Shown piece after piece: positions 52,209-64,000 of a stretch of DNA of 64,000 bases. The position numbers and the translations under genes were made by a program. The notes beneath the pieces are model-generated. The model was not told where the DNA came from. It ran no database searches and saw only the letters and a program-made list of their open reading frames with translations. How positions within the stretch are numbered: position 1 is the first letter of the stretch; every line of letters begins with the position of its first letter. The stretch is from Octopus sinensis. Taxonomy: Eukaryota. Where the stretch lies: positions 16,306,001-16,370,000 of the forward strand of contig NC_043013.1 of NCBI RefSeq assembly GCF_006345805.1, given 5' to 3'.

Positions 52209-52901
52209 TAATAATAATAATAATGATAATAGCAACAGCAGCAAGAGGCCCTATAAAGAGTTTATCCATTTTCAACATTTCAACTGAACTGTGAAACAGA
52301 TAAGAGATAGCTCTCTAGAGGTCCTCTCGTTAATATTAAAAGACATATTTATATAAACACTATATATATATATATATATCGTGGCTTTTCGACATGTGAC
52401 ATTTATTTTACAAAGCAATCTTTGTGTCTTATTCTATGGTAAGTGTTGGACACATCCTGTTTCCTCCAGCCACTTCTCCGATGCCCTACTGATCCCAACA
52501 TAAATGTCAACACACCTCATTTCATTGACTCCTGGACACTAGTAACCTAATTATAGTTGGCACCAAACCTTGGTTCTTCTAATAACTATACACCACTGCC
52601 CTTTTTTTTTCTCTCTCTTTTGTCACTCTTTATAGATTATTTAATACAAACAAATATATTTTCTTGTAATAATCTACCTCCTCAGAGAAAAGTTTGTTTC
52701 GTCAAACAATATTTCACACATCTTCAAATTCATTTTTCAACTAATTTTTTTTCTTGATATGGCAGCTGAATTTTGCTCAAAGCATGTGCATGCATACACA
52801 TACACACTTAGATACAGATATAGATATATACAAAAGATATATATATTACACTTGTCTAATGCTCTAGAGTTTGCCTCTTTTTTGGATATATGAAATACTG
52901 G

Positions 52902-52966
<65 letters not shown>

Positions 52967-54114
52967 AACATATTAGAATGTCTTTAGGTTGTGATATTAA
53001 TTAAAAGTAGTTGCTCCAATCAGTGTCACAGTTCTCTCCACCCACACCAAAAAAAAAACACATTAAAATAATTTTCAGACTTGCAACAACAACAACAACA
53101 ACAACCCTGTTCTAACTTTTTGTTAAAAGTTGTATCCAAATTTTGTCCCCACCCCCCACCCCGTTTATGTATTCCAGTTTCAATTCTAAGTGCATTTTTT
53201 TTTTAATCCTTTAATCGCAGAATGTTTCAAAGCACCTGTTGTACTCTTGATTACATTTCCCTGGTGATAATGATATTGATTGCGATTGTGTTGATGCTGA
53301 CAATAAGTGTCACAACAATAATTAGAATGAGATGATGATGTTTATGGTCCTGATGCTTTGCTTTCATTTTTAAATGTTTTTGCCTTAAGACTGGAATCCA
53401 ATCAGTTAATGTTCTTTGATGTGCATTGAATTCTCTTAATCTTGTGTTTCTTTGTGGCAGCCCTTCTGTTTAGTGTTTTCTGGATGCAAGCAATTGTGAT
53501 GCTCTGTACATCCTATCCATTTATCTACATATCCATTTATCTAGCCAATTAGTTAATTGGTTAGCTTTTATTTTCTCTCTGTGTAACTCTCTGTCTTTCT
53601 GTCCATCTGTCTGTCCATCCGCCCATCCTTTTGTTCATCTGACCATTTGTCTATATATGTATGTCTATCTGTCCATCTATCTATCTAAGTTCCTATCTGT
53701 CTATGTCCCTCCTCCTCTCTCTACCCATATATGTGCCTATCTATCTACATTACATTCACCCTCCACCCATTTATACACCTTTATCTGCAGAAGTATTACT
53801 GTATAAATGTTGATATGCTATGATGCATAATTATTACAAATCATTAACAAGCCTCTCTAACTAGAAGTACCAATCTTAATTATAGTGAGGACTCTTTTCT
53901 ATGATTTAGCATTGACAAACAAAGGTCCCCAGTAGAGATTCTGTTAGGGGAGATTTGGCTGCAACATTTAAGAAGTCACGAGACTCCTAAGAAAGTTCCT
54001 TTACTACATAATATGACTGTGCTAATTTTCAGAACAATTAGCTGCTACCTGTTGCTACCTGTTGTTGATTCATTGATAACTGACATCTCTTCCTACTGAA
54101 TATGTGGGAGACCT

Positions 54115-54500
54115 ATTGAGTCAAGTACGTCAATATCAAAATAAATATCAAATGGAAATTGTAGTTACGATACCTGTGCTGGTGGCACGTAAAATGCACC
54201 ATCCAAACGTGGCCGATGCCAGCGCTGCCTTGACTTGCTTCCATGCTGGTGGCACGTAAAAAGCACCAACCGATTGTGGCCGCTGCCAGCCTCCCCTAGC
54301 ACCTGTGCCAGTGGCACGTAAAAAGCACCCACTACACTCAGGAGTGGTTGGCGTTAGGAAGTCATCCAGCTTTAGAAACACTGCCAGATCAGACTGGAGC
54401 CTGGTGCAGCCTTCTGGCTTCCCAGACCCCGGTTGAACCTTCGAACCCATGCTAGGATGGAAAACGGATGTTAAACAACGATGATGATGAGGATGATGAT
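54115..54500 (+). mobile_element. SINE/retroposon family C with RTE-like (GAT)n tail and internal gtggcacgtaaaaagcacc repeats; other copies near 10710-10905, 22550-22705, 27660-27885, 40470-40790, 45700-45870, 50870-51225
   Basis: Shared ggttggcgttaggaagggcatccagc core and cccatgctagcatggaaagcggacgttaaa(tga)n end. Confidence 0.8.
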
Positions 54501-57372
54501 TTCATGCCTCCACAGAAATATGGCTGCCAGATGCAGTAACTATGGCTGCCACACTAGCTATTACTTAGGTCCATATCTGTTGTGTGTTATATTTTCACAG
54601 TTAATGGTCTCATGGAATATGACTGCTACATGCAATAGATTCGCTTACTACTACCTAAATCTGTTTTTTTTTTTTTTGTTCATGTGCTTATTTTTTTAAA
54701 TTAAAGGTTAAATACCAAGTTTATTACTGGTACTCTGTCAGTTACAACAATGGAACAGTTATGATGATAGAACAGCCTGCTCATGAAATTAACGTGCAAG
54801 TGGTTGAGCACTCCACAAATACACACACCCTTAACATAGTTCTCAAGGATGCAGAATGTGACAAGGCTGGCCCTTTGAATTACTGGTACAACTCATTCTT
54901 GCCAACTGAGTGGACTGGAGCAACGTGAAATAAAGTGTCTTGCTCAAGGATACGTGTTCCTAGGAATCAACTCACAATTGTAAGATTGTGAGCCACACTC
55001 CTTAATATCAAGATTAACCTTATGTATAAAGGTAGATACAGCTTTCATTCTTCATCCTTTTAATTTTGAGAATTTATTTGTACTCCACCCCCACCTACTC
55101 CTAGTGTCTTTTGGTCTACCTTGCCACAATACCTATATACCGCCAGGTAGAATGAACCACTGAAGTTTCAAACACTTTCAGGAAGACAACAGAGAACCAA
55201 TAAGAGACAAGAAGACATGAACTCTTCTCTACCCTTGTGTTGGGTATGTGCAACCAGTAACTCTTCTCCTGTCTTGCCCTCTCCCACCCCTTAACAACAT
55301 ACTCTTCTCTCACTTAACTTTGTTTTAAAAAAGTATTTAGTTTGGAAATTAGGTATCTTTAATCAACTCCTCTTCTCTGTTGGCTTGCTAGGAACAACCC
55401 GTGCGACATCACACAATGGTTATGGTCTTGTCTCATAGCTTTATATGTGATGTGAAAATATCATGTCACATCGTACTGTATAACTTAGGAGGGTTGCAAT
55501 GTAGACTGTAGCACAGAATGTGGCAGTAGAGGGGTATCCAATAGTCATAACCTGGATGCAGCCCAGTCCCCTTCAAGTTAAGGGCCAAAACTTGCATGAG
55601 GTGGGTGGGCTTCTTCTATGAAGACATTCTGCTGTTTGTCTCTCTCTAGAATTTCTTACTGTTTAATGCCATATGTGTGTGTGTGTGTGTGTGTGTGTGT
55701 ACATACACAACCCAGTTTAATTAAAAGATAGGGAGCGATTTTCGAAGGATCTAATACGGCAGCTATCTATTTGGCTGTGTGGTTAAGATGTTTTCTTCTA
55801 AAACTATGTGTCTTCAGGTTCAATCCCACTGTGTAGAACCTTTGGATAAGTGTCTTCTACCATAGCTTTGAATCAACTGAAGAATTGTGAATTACATTTG
55901 GAAGACAAAAACTGCGTGAAACACTATCAGAAGGGCTATTCCTAATTTTAGTTGGTAAATTTAGTTTTTCGCATGTCTAACCATGGGGCACCTGGCTGCC
56001 TTTAGGCAAGTCCTCTCCATTACAAATATATAGGGGTCAGGTCTGCCAGATGGAAATAATTTCCTTCCTTCTTCCCACTAGCCTTGAAGCCCCTGGTAAA
56101 GGGCTAATGGATTTTGTCCTTCATATTGCAATGGAGTCTTGTAAAGAGAAAAAGAAAGCAATAAAAAGAAACAAGGAAATATCTTTTATTTTTATGTTGT
56201 ATTTGTTACGGTCACTGGGCTGCAGTTGTACTGGGGCACTGCCTTGGGGGGGTTTTGTCAGACAAAATCACCCCCACCCCACAGTACTTATGCTTTTAAA
56301 GTGCCATGCCGTGAGACTGATCCCAAAGCCATGGAGTTACAGAGTGAGCTCCTTAACCACACAGCCATGCCTGTATCCGTAAATCAGCTATTTTTACTTT
56401 GTATATTTTCTTTTCTTCATTTTTTCCCCCCTGATATATTTGTTGTTGTTGTTGTTGTTGTTGTTGAGGTCACCCCTTAACAGGTTAAAGACATTCCAGT
56501 CTTGACCATCAGTTATGACTATCCTGTAGTTATCATTCTTTCAGTTATAATGTATTTTGGACAACGATATCCAATGTTTATTTCCAACTTTTAAGACTAG
56601 CATGCAATTTGAGGTAGATTTCGCTGCTGCTTCTACCAGCTTAAGCAACCATGTAGAGGCTCTCTCTCTGTGTTAGTGGTAATAGTATTGATGATGTTGA
56701 TGTTTTTTTAGCCAAGGGTCAGCTATGATCGAGCAGATTCCTATGACAAATGGCATTCCAATTGTGACCACCCCATTTTCCTTAACGCAGGAAACCCTAA
56801 GATCACATCTAACATATCCTCTTCTTTAGAGAGTAGCGTGTAATTTGAGGGAGATCTGGCTGCTATTTCTAGCGAGTTGAGTGACCACATAGTTCCTCTC
56901 TCAGCTCATCACTGTGATGTTGTTGTTGTTGATGCACAGATCAGCTGTGACCATCCTCTCTAATCATTCAAACATAGGGTGATCTTTCTATATCGACATT
57001 TTGCCAGACATGGTATATCTTAGACAACATTACCCAATGTGTTCTTCTGTTTAATATATGACTTGAGAGATTTAGCTGCTATTTCTAGCAGGCTGGCTGA
57101 CTATGTAGAAGCTCGTGTTGTGTCATTCATCCATAATTTTTTTTGTATAAGATGTTTTTTTTTTGTTCTTTTTCTTTAAAAATTTCTTTGCTAAATTATC
57201 TTTGATATTGGCGCCAAAATGTCTCCATTGAATGAGACAGTTTCCATCTTGATGGAAATATCTATGTCTAGTGTACTAATGAAGCTGTCTGCCTGCTTGC
57301 CTGCCTGCCTGCCTGTCTGTCTCTGCCTGTCTGACTGCCTGTCTGCCTTTCTGTAGCCATCTTCCTCTAAAC

Positions 57373-57841
57373 CAGTGGTTCTCAACCATTTTTCCCCCTA
57401 TGGACCCCTTTGATTCCGATTTCACTTGGGTGGACCCCCATAGCCATTTGGTCCTATTGTATTTTTACAAATAACCCTTTTGATACCAACCCGTCTCAAA
57501 CCACTTTTGGTTCTACTACTATACCTACTTTGTGTTTTAAGTGATCTTAATTAAAACCTTTCATTAAAATTCCTTGTTAATTTGTGTTCTGGAAACCAGG
57601 ACAACGTTATTTTACTAAGTTCTTTATTATTTTAGAAATTAATTGAAACGAAGACTGTATTTCAAAGTGAATATGGTAACGGAAAGGTTAAATATTATTG
57701 GGAATTGTTTTAAAAACTTGTTAAAATATTTTGTGCATTAACCAATTTACTGCCCATAGATTTTAATGAAAAAATCTTATATGAGTCCTGAGACCCATAT
57801 GAACCCCCAAGGGTCATATGGACCCAAGTTGAGAACCACTG
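57373..57841. mobile_element. hAT/Charlie-like MITE containing a nested TTAA-type MITE (57473-57691); related copy about 2770-3057
   Basis: TIR cagtggttctcaac / gttgagaaccactg; imperfect 8-bp TSD ctctaaac/atctacac. Confidence 0.8.
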
Positions 57842-58584
57842 ATCTACACCTACTCCTTCACATTCTCTAAACTTTGCTACCTTTAACCCCCAACTAAACT
57901 TCCGTTTACTCACAAAAATAAAACCTTTTGAAACCTTGTATGTTGCCTAAAATGTCCTTGAAAACTGTCAATTTTATGATATTCTTCTTTTTCATTAGGT
58001 GAAGCCTGTTTTAACTATTATTAACTAAATGAAGAAACTGAACAATTTTAATGATGTAATTAAGTGAGCAATAGCTTATTGTTTACACACACACACATAG
58101 TATGTGTATGTACAAGAGGGTGGTGCTGAAAGTTCTTGGCTTTGGGTAAAAGAAAATAGAGGAGGATGAGTTAATTATGATTTTATTCAACATATTCTCC
58201 TTTCAGATTGACATACTAATTGCAGGCAGTCCTTCATTTTTTTCTAAGTTCTGTAAAAGAACTCTGAGGGTTGGGCCTCCAACCAGACCTTTCATGATCC
58301 CCTTAAAGCCAGGAACTTTTCAACACTCCCTTGTATATGCACACACACACACACCTCTATGTTCATACATAAAGCTAAGTCATCACAAGGCAAGAGGACA
58401 ACAACAGTAAAAACAAATGTCAACAATGATATAACGGAAGAGAAAGAAGATAACTTCTGCCAGGTCAGGTCAGGTCAGGTCAGTTAAATTATTCCTAGCT
58501 TCATCAAAACGACCATCATCAGCATGATAACAATGGTTTCAAATATAGACACAAAGCCAGCAATTTTGGGAATAATAAGTATAA

Positions 58585-59105
58585 AGTGCAAGCATGACTG
58601 TGTAAGCAAAAAAGTGCATTGGGATGTTATCCAAGTGCATGGCTTCAAAATAACAGAACGGGGATACAAACACAAATCAGGGGCTATGACAGAAAATGAG
58701 AATTACGGGATTTTGAAAGGCTTTCCATTAAAAAAAATTTATGACCCTATTAAAGCAAGTTGGTCATATACAATTGTAGGGGACAAAATAAAGGGTAAGA
58801 TCATAGGTTTTGCAATTTCCTGTTATAGAAAAGTCAATACCAAAGGGATTGGAAAAATTGAGAAATATCTGGATCTAGCCAAAGAGCTGAGGAGACTGTG
58901 GAAGGCCAAGACAACAATTATTCCTGTAGTAATTGGTGCACTTGGCACAACACCCAAAATGCTATCTAAAAGACTGGAGATTGGAATTGAAATTTTCATT
59001 GTCAACCTGCAGGAAAGTACCATCCTATTATATTCTACAAGAATCCCATGAAAGATTTTTAGGATTTGAGGAGACTTGTCACCAAACTCCAAGATAACAT
59101 TCCTG
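58585..59105 (+). mobile_element. Decayed RLE-type LINE (Dong/R4-like), 3' region
   Basis: KHD..SKKVHW, KIEKYLDLAKELRRLW, IIPVVIGALGT in ORF 58524..59051. Confidence 0.8.
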
Positions 59106-59129
59106 CTAATTAAATTAACTTTATTATAT

Positions 59130-59522
59130 TTTCTTTTATCTGCCACAAGGGCAGCTGATGTAAGGGACATTACAAAAACAGTTTTCAGTTTGAGTGAGGG
59201 CTTACTTGAAAATGGTGGTGGGAGCAAAAAGGAGTGGGAAGGGATGGGATAAAAAGTATACATAGCTTACAAAAGATGTGGAAGATAGAATCCTCTTGAT
59301 ACAGGAGAACATTCAACTAAGGTCAACCAAGGAACCCTAAAGACTCAGGATCACCCTAACCACCAGGGGTACAAACCCTTGCCCAACTGTTTACTGGAGA
59401 GAGTACTTTCTTTCCCAAGTGGAACTGAAAAATTGAATGAGGGCTTGACCAAAGAGTGAGGTGTCTGCCTTCAAACCTTTTAATATTGTCTAAAATACAA
59501 CTACTTTCACTATAACTACCAA
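59130..59522 (-). mobile_element. Diverged Tx1-like 3' fragment
   Basis: LKGLKADTSLFGQALIQFF matches LKGLKSDTFLFGQGLINFF of the ORF2 C-terminus; ends gcccttgtggcagataaaagaaa. Confidence 0.8.
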
Positions 59523-59590
59523 ACAGAATAATAATAATAGTAATAATAATAATAATAATAATATTGAGAAGAAGAAAAAGAATGATGATG

Positions 59591-60125
59591 CTTTCTTTTA
59601 TTTGCAACCCAAGCAAATGTGATACAAAATAGACACTATGTAGATTTACATTGAATCAAATGAGTCCCCAAAATGCATGAAATATAATTATACATGGCAT
59701 ATACATACACACATTAAAAAAAAAAGATGATGACGATGCAATCCTCTTGCTACAAGATGACCTACCAAGGAATCCCTACCATCCAAGAGTAAGCACCCTC
59801 TCCAGCTGTTGTTCCCTAATCTATTGTCTCATACTTAGAAAGGTGCCATCCACTCTCACCATTTTTACTGCTTTCAGTAAATTCACTGAAGGAAAGTACT
59901 TGCCTCTCTACCCTCACCTTCCTTTTCAACTAAAATTTGTAAAAGTCAAGGCCTTTACTTAGGAAGAAAGTCTTTGCCCTTGTACCTTTCAGCCTCCTCC
60001 ACCAGATAGCTTCTTTCATTATTGCTGCAAGACAGAGCTAAACTGCCTTCTTTGCCTGGTTAAAAGTAGGCAGCAGGGCAATCATTATGATGGATTCAGC
60101 TGATAGCCAGATCCATCGAGTGTGT
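59591..60125 (-). mobile_element. Diverged Tx1-like 3' fragment
   Basis: LSAESII.IA...LCLAAIMKEAIWWRRLKG...LKRKVRVERQVLS matches LSAESIVKIA...LCLVAVAKEVVWWTRLKG...LKRKMRLERKMLS; ends aataaaagaaa. Confidence 0.8.
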
Positions 60126-60887
60126 GCAGATAAGGATTTCTTTTATTTGTCACAAGGGGTCAAAGACTTTGGGTGCAGTACAAAGGTGAGACATATAGGG
60201 AAAATAACAAGAAACAATGGGGAAGGAACAGTTACAACAATAATAATAATAATAATTGTTTCTACTCCAGGGCACTAGACCTGAAATTTTGATGGAGTGC
60301 AGACGAGTGAATTACATCAACCCCAGTACTCAAATGATACATATTTTATTGGCCCCAAAAGAATGACAGGCAAAGTCAACTTTGATGGAATTTGAACTCT
60401 GAATGTAAATCTGAAAGAGATGCTGCTAAACATTTTGACAGCTCGCCACCTTGATAATGATATTGATGAAATAACAGGTATGGTATGAGGTTATAGTGAT
60501 AGAACAGTAATTCCATCATTATAAGTTCAGTTCTTACTACTATCACAACGTTGTACTCCTATACAAACTCCTTAACTATCGGAACATTTCATACATATCT
60601 TCATCCTTATTGTCATCATTTTACATCTGCTTTCCATCCTGGACAGCTTGTCAGAGTACACGTCAGTTCTTATTCAGGAATACTTCCGTCTTAGTTTGAA
60701 GAACCATATAACACTCGTATGTTATATTTTGTGGTTAGGTTTCTACAACTGGATGCCCTTTCTAACATTAACCATTCTACAGAATGTTAGGGAGCATTTT
60801 ATCATTGCATCAGCATTAGTGATGTTGCCTATAATCCCATATAGTATATTTGTGTATGAAATGTACACACACACATATATATGTGTG

Positions 60888-61155
60888 GAGGCACAATGGC
60901 CCAGTGGTTAGGGCAGCGGACTTGCGGTTGTAGGATCGCGGTTTCGATCCCCAGACCAGGTGTTGTGAGTGTTTATTGAGTGAAAACACCTAAAGCTCCA
61001 CAAGGCTCCGGCAGGGGGTGGTGGCGATCCCTGCTGTACTCTTTCGCCACAACTTTCTCTCTCTCGCAGAGTGGCGTCATTTGAAGGCTAAAAACAATAC
61101 GAAGTGCATTGTGACCAGCAATGTGTAGCAACATCTGATAGCCTGGTCAGTCACG

Positions 61156-61159
<4 letters not shown>
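60888..61159 (+). mobile_element. tRNA-derived SINE family D
   Basis: tggcccagtggttaggg A box and ggtttcgatccc B box followed by a non-tRNA body; inserted in (TA)n. Confidence 0.75.
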
Positions 61160-61189
<30 letters not shown>

Positions 61190-62722
61190 TAAAATCTCAC
61201 TTCCCCTCTCATGTACATTTGTGCTTTGAATGTTATGCAACACATTAAATAATAAAAAGATATTTAACTACCAATGTCAAGATCCCTGTTTTTCAATGGT
61301 GCTATAAAATATTTTCTAATATTTACCATACTGAAGATGGTAAGGAGTTTTTGGTCAGTATTTTGTTCCGTTTGTGTGATTAGATACAAGGTCAGTCACT
61401 GGTTCTTGTATAGGCACATCTTGTGGTGTTCCAGACATTTTATTTGCCCACAATACATGATGTATCATGTTACTATGTAATATGTTTCCATACTCATGGA
61501 TGTGATACTCTATATCAGAAATGATATTACATATTGGAGTTCATAAGATACTGTTTCGTTATGCTATATCGACAATATCTCTATGATGTAGTGTGCAGTA
61601 GATTGTTATGTGAGAATGAGCCACACAGCTCACTAAAGTGAGTGGATATAGGATTGACTAATAAATAGCCAGTGGTCACTGGAAAGTCAATACTGGGTCA
61701 TGTGACCAGGGTATATATGTATTTACCAAGTATTGTTATCAGAAGGAACAATACTTGATAAAAGAGAAAATCAGATGGTTGTGTCACCTAGGTACCAGCA
61801 TGGTTGTGTGGTTAAGCTGTTCACTTCACAGCCATGTGGTCCCAGGTTCAATCCCACTGGGTGGCACATTGAGCAAGTGTCTTCTATCACAGCCTCCAGT
61901 AAACCAATATTTTTAAAATATATTTGGTAGACAAGAACTGTGTTGGAGTTTTGTCATGTATGTATGTTACATCTTTCAGTGATGTGCCTTGGTGAAAGAT
62001 GTAACATTGGCAGGAAAATCAATAAACTTGGTGCATTCAAACAAAAATACCTTAATGTTTGGTTTGTACAGAAGCTCCTATGTCACTCTTACCATCAAGA
62101 ATGTAGTGAACTGGTGACTAATCTGTTGGAAATCTACAATCAATTGAGATAGCTTTTGGCAAAATACGTGATGTTTAACATACAAAAACAAAAAACTAAA
62201 ACCATAATAAATTTTGACATGGTAACAGATCAAGTGACATGGAGAGATGTGTTGCAGACATATTCAATTCGGATCAGATTTACAAAATATCAAAACGTTG
62301 GATGATGAGGATAATGACGATGCTGTAGTGATGATTATGATTATAATGAAGATGATACAGAGGAAGAGGAGGTGACGGTGGTGGTGGTGGTGGTGGTGGT
62401 TTTGATGAAGGTGATGGTGGTGATGATGCAGATTATGATGATGATGGTTATGGTAGTGATAGTGATTATGGTGAAAATGATGATGGCTTTAGTAGTGGCT
62501 GATGATGATGGATAGCAACACAAATATTTCTCTTCTTCAAGGAATTCATGCAGGGTTGTCTACACATGAAAACCAGACACAATTACCAAATAAAAAAGGA
62601 AGTAAAACATGGCTTTTGCTGAAGATTCAGCTTGTAAAATTATCATTTTTTTTATCCTGCTGTTGTCAATAAAATAAATTTTGAAAATGAAGTAGACTTG
62701 ATTACTTAAATTCTTTATTTAC

Positions 62723-62995
62723 ATTATTTACATTTGACGGTTATTTGTCCTCATCTTGTTTGTTGTTAACACAACGTTTCGGCTGATATACCCTCCAGCC
62801 TTCATCAGGTGTCTTGGGGGAAATTTTAAACCTGGGTTCTCATTCCTAGTTTCGAACCAAGGTTTGAAATTTCTCCAAGAAACCTGATGAAGGCTGGAGA
62901 GTACATCAGCCTTCAAACAACAAACAAGATGAGGACAAATATCCGTCATATGTAAATAATTGTACATAATTCCTCATCTCTTAAATATAGAACTG
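62723..62995. mobile_element. Fold-back element, probably derived from Penelope-like terminal repeats
   Basis: About 110-bp inverted arms (attatttacatttgacgg...cttgtttgttg / caacaaacaag...ccgtcatatgtaaataat), each with the CTGATGAAGGCTG core. Confidence 0.65.
62768..62813 (-). ncRNA. Minimal (Penelope-type) hammerhead ribozyme motif
   Basis: Minus strand: GACAC CTGATGA A GGCTG-loop-CAGCC GAAA CG TT GTGTT; stem I GACAC/GTGTT, 5-bp stem II, palindromic ACGT in place of stem III. Confidence 0.6.
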
Positions 62996-63281
62996 TATTA
63001 AATTCCTTAATGGAATATTTTGGAACTATCAACTTCTGTATGTCTGTCTTTGTATTTATATATATATATTCTTTACCAAGAACAGTACTGGTTGGAGTTT
63101 CATCCAGCTAAGCCATCATTGGTGGTGGCATAGCTAGCCAAAACTTTGAAGTCACCGTCAACACTATTCTTGTTAAAGAATAATAAATTTGTATGGAGTT
63201 ATCTTTCAGGTTGATTTAAACATTTTTTTATTATAACTGAACATAAAAACAAACTTATATATATATATATATATATATATA

Positions 63282-63419
63282 TAATCAAAATAAGCAACAA
63301 GTATATCCAAGGTAGAGTAATACAATTGTTTCATGCTACTTCATTTTATTAAACACTGAAGTAGCATGAAGCAATTGTACTACTCTACCTTGGATATCCT
63401 TGTTGCTTATTTTGATTAT
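63282..63419. repeat. Fold-back hairpin in (TA)n
   Basis: About 62-bp arms ataatcaaaataagcaacaag...atgctacttca / tgaagtagcat...cttgttgcttattttgattat, 13-nt loop. Confidence 0.9.
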
Positions 63420-63524
63420 AATCACCCCATTTGATTTATATGGATAATACCATACAAAATTCTGGTGCCTTTAACTTAAGTACCATATTCATCTAAATCT
63501 AAATTTTGCTGAACTTACATATAT

Positions 63525-63690
63525 ATATATATTAAATTAGAGATAAAACCACTATTAGGCAAATCAAACAGTGAAAAACATAAACCAAAACATAGAAATA
63601 AAATTAATTAATATAATATACAAAATTTGGTTTATGTTTTTCACTGTTTGATTTGCCTAATAGTGGTTTTATCTCTAATTTAATATATAT
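63525..63690. repeat. Fold-back hairpin in (TA)n
   Basis: attaaattagagataaaaccactattaggcaaatcaaacagtgaaaaacataaaccaaa and its reverse complement. Confidence 0.9.
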
Positions 63691-63768
63691 ATTTATACTG
63701 TAAAATTAGATTTAATCCTAAATCTATTTTTTCCCTGTAAGTTTGGATTTACTCCCTAATATTATTAT

Positions 63769-63809
<41 letters not shown>

Positions 63810-64000
63810 GGTTGTTTGCTATGGCTGGCCAGAGAAGGGCCATCTGGTTTTACATCTATAAAGCGCTTAGCTGTATAGATAACTCCTTAGACTCAAATGG
63901 CAAGAGGCACATAATTTCTCCAGAACTGGGAACCAATGGTCACTCTGACCAGCCAAAGCAAACAATCTTCTAAATATACTACTGTGAATTTGTGTGTGTA

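Noticed and set aside
60888-60975. Possible tRNA gene
   Set aside because: No closing acceptor stem or terminator; continues into a SINE body

Overview
AT-rich, microsatellite- and transposon-dense animal genomic DNA. The SINE/LINE repertoire suggests a cephalopod, probably Octopus (inference). The only host gene is a + strand alanine aminotransferase (GPT/GPT2-like). Eleven coding exons (21890-51687) splice by GT-AG into one 1326-nt frame (441 aa plus stop); I did not find the N-terminal exon, which probably lies upstream of the window. One intron holds a near-full-length Tx1/L1-clade LINE (about 33920-39568) inserted in (ATT)n. The rest is tRNA-derived SINEs, Dong/R4-, CR1- and Penelope-like remnants, MITEs, a Helitron-like element and simple repeats. 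The most interesting signal is a 432-bp head-to-tail dimer (14049-14919) in which each unit carries a complete type I hammerhead ribozyme motif on the minus strand, i.e. a candidate circRNA-producing non-LTR retrozyme. Other highlights: a minimal hammerhead in a fold-back element (62.7-63.0 kb), a minisatellite built from the gene's own splice acceptor (25.0-26.6 kb), and a 3' tail shared by the Tx1 LINE and a SINE that appears to insert into itself. All calls were read by eye; no searches or folding programs were run. Exon coordinates were counted base by base, while repeat boundaries are approximate.
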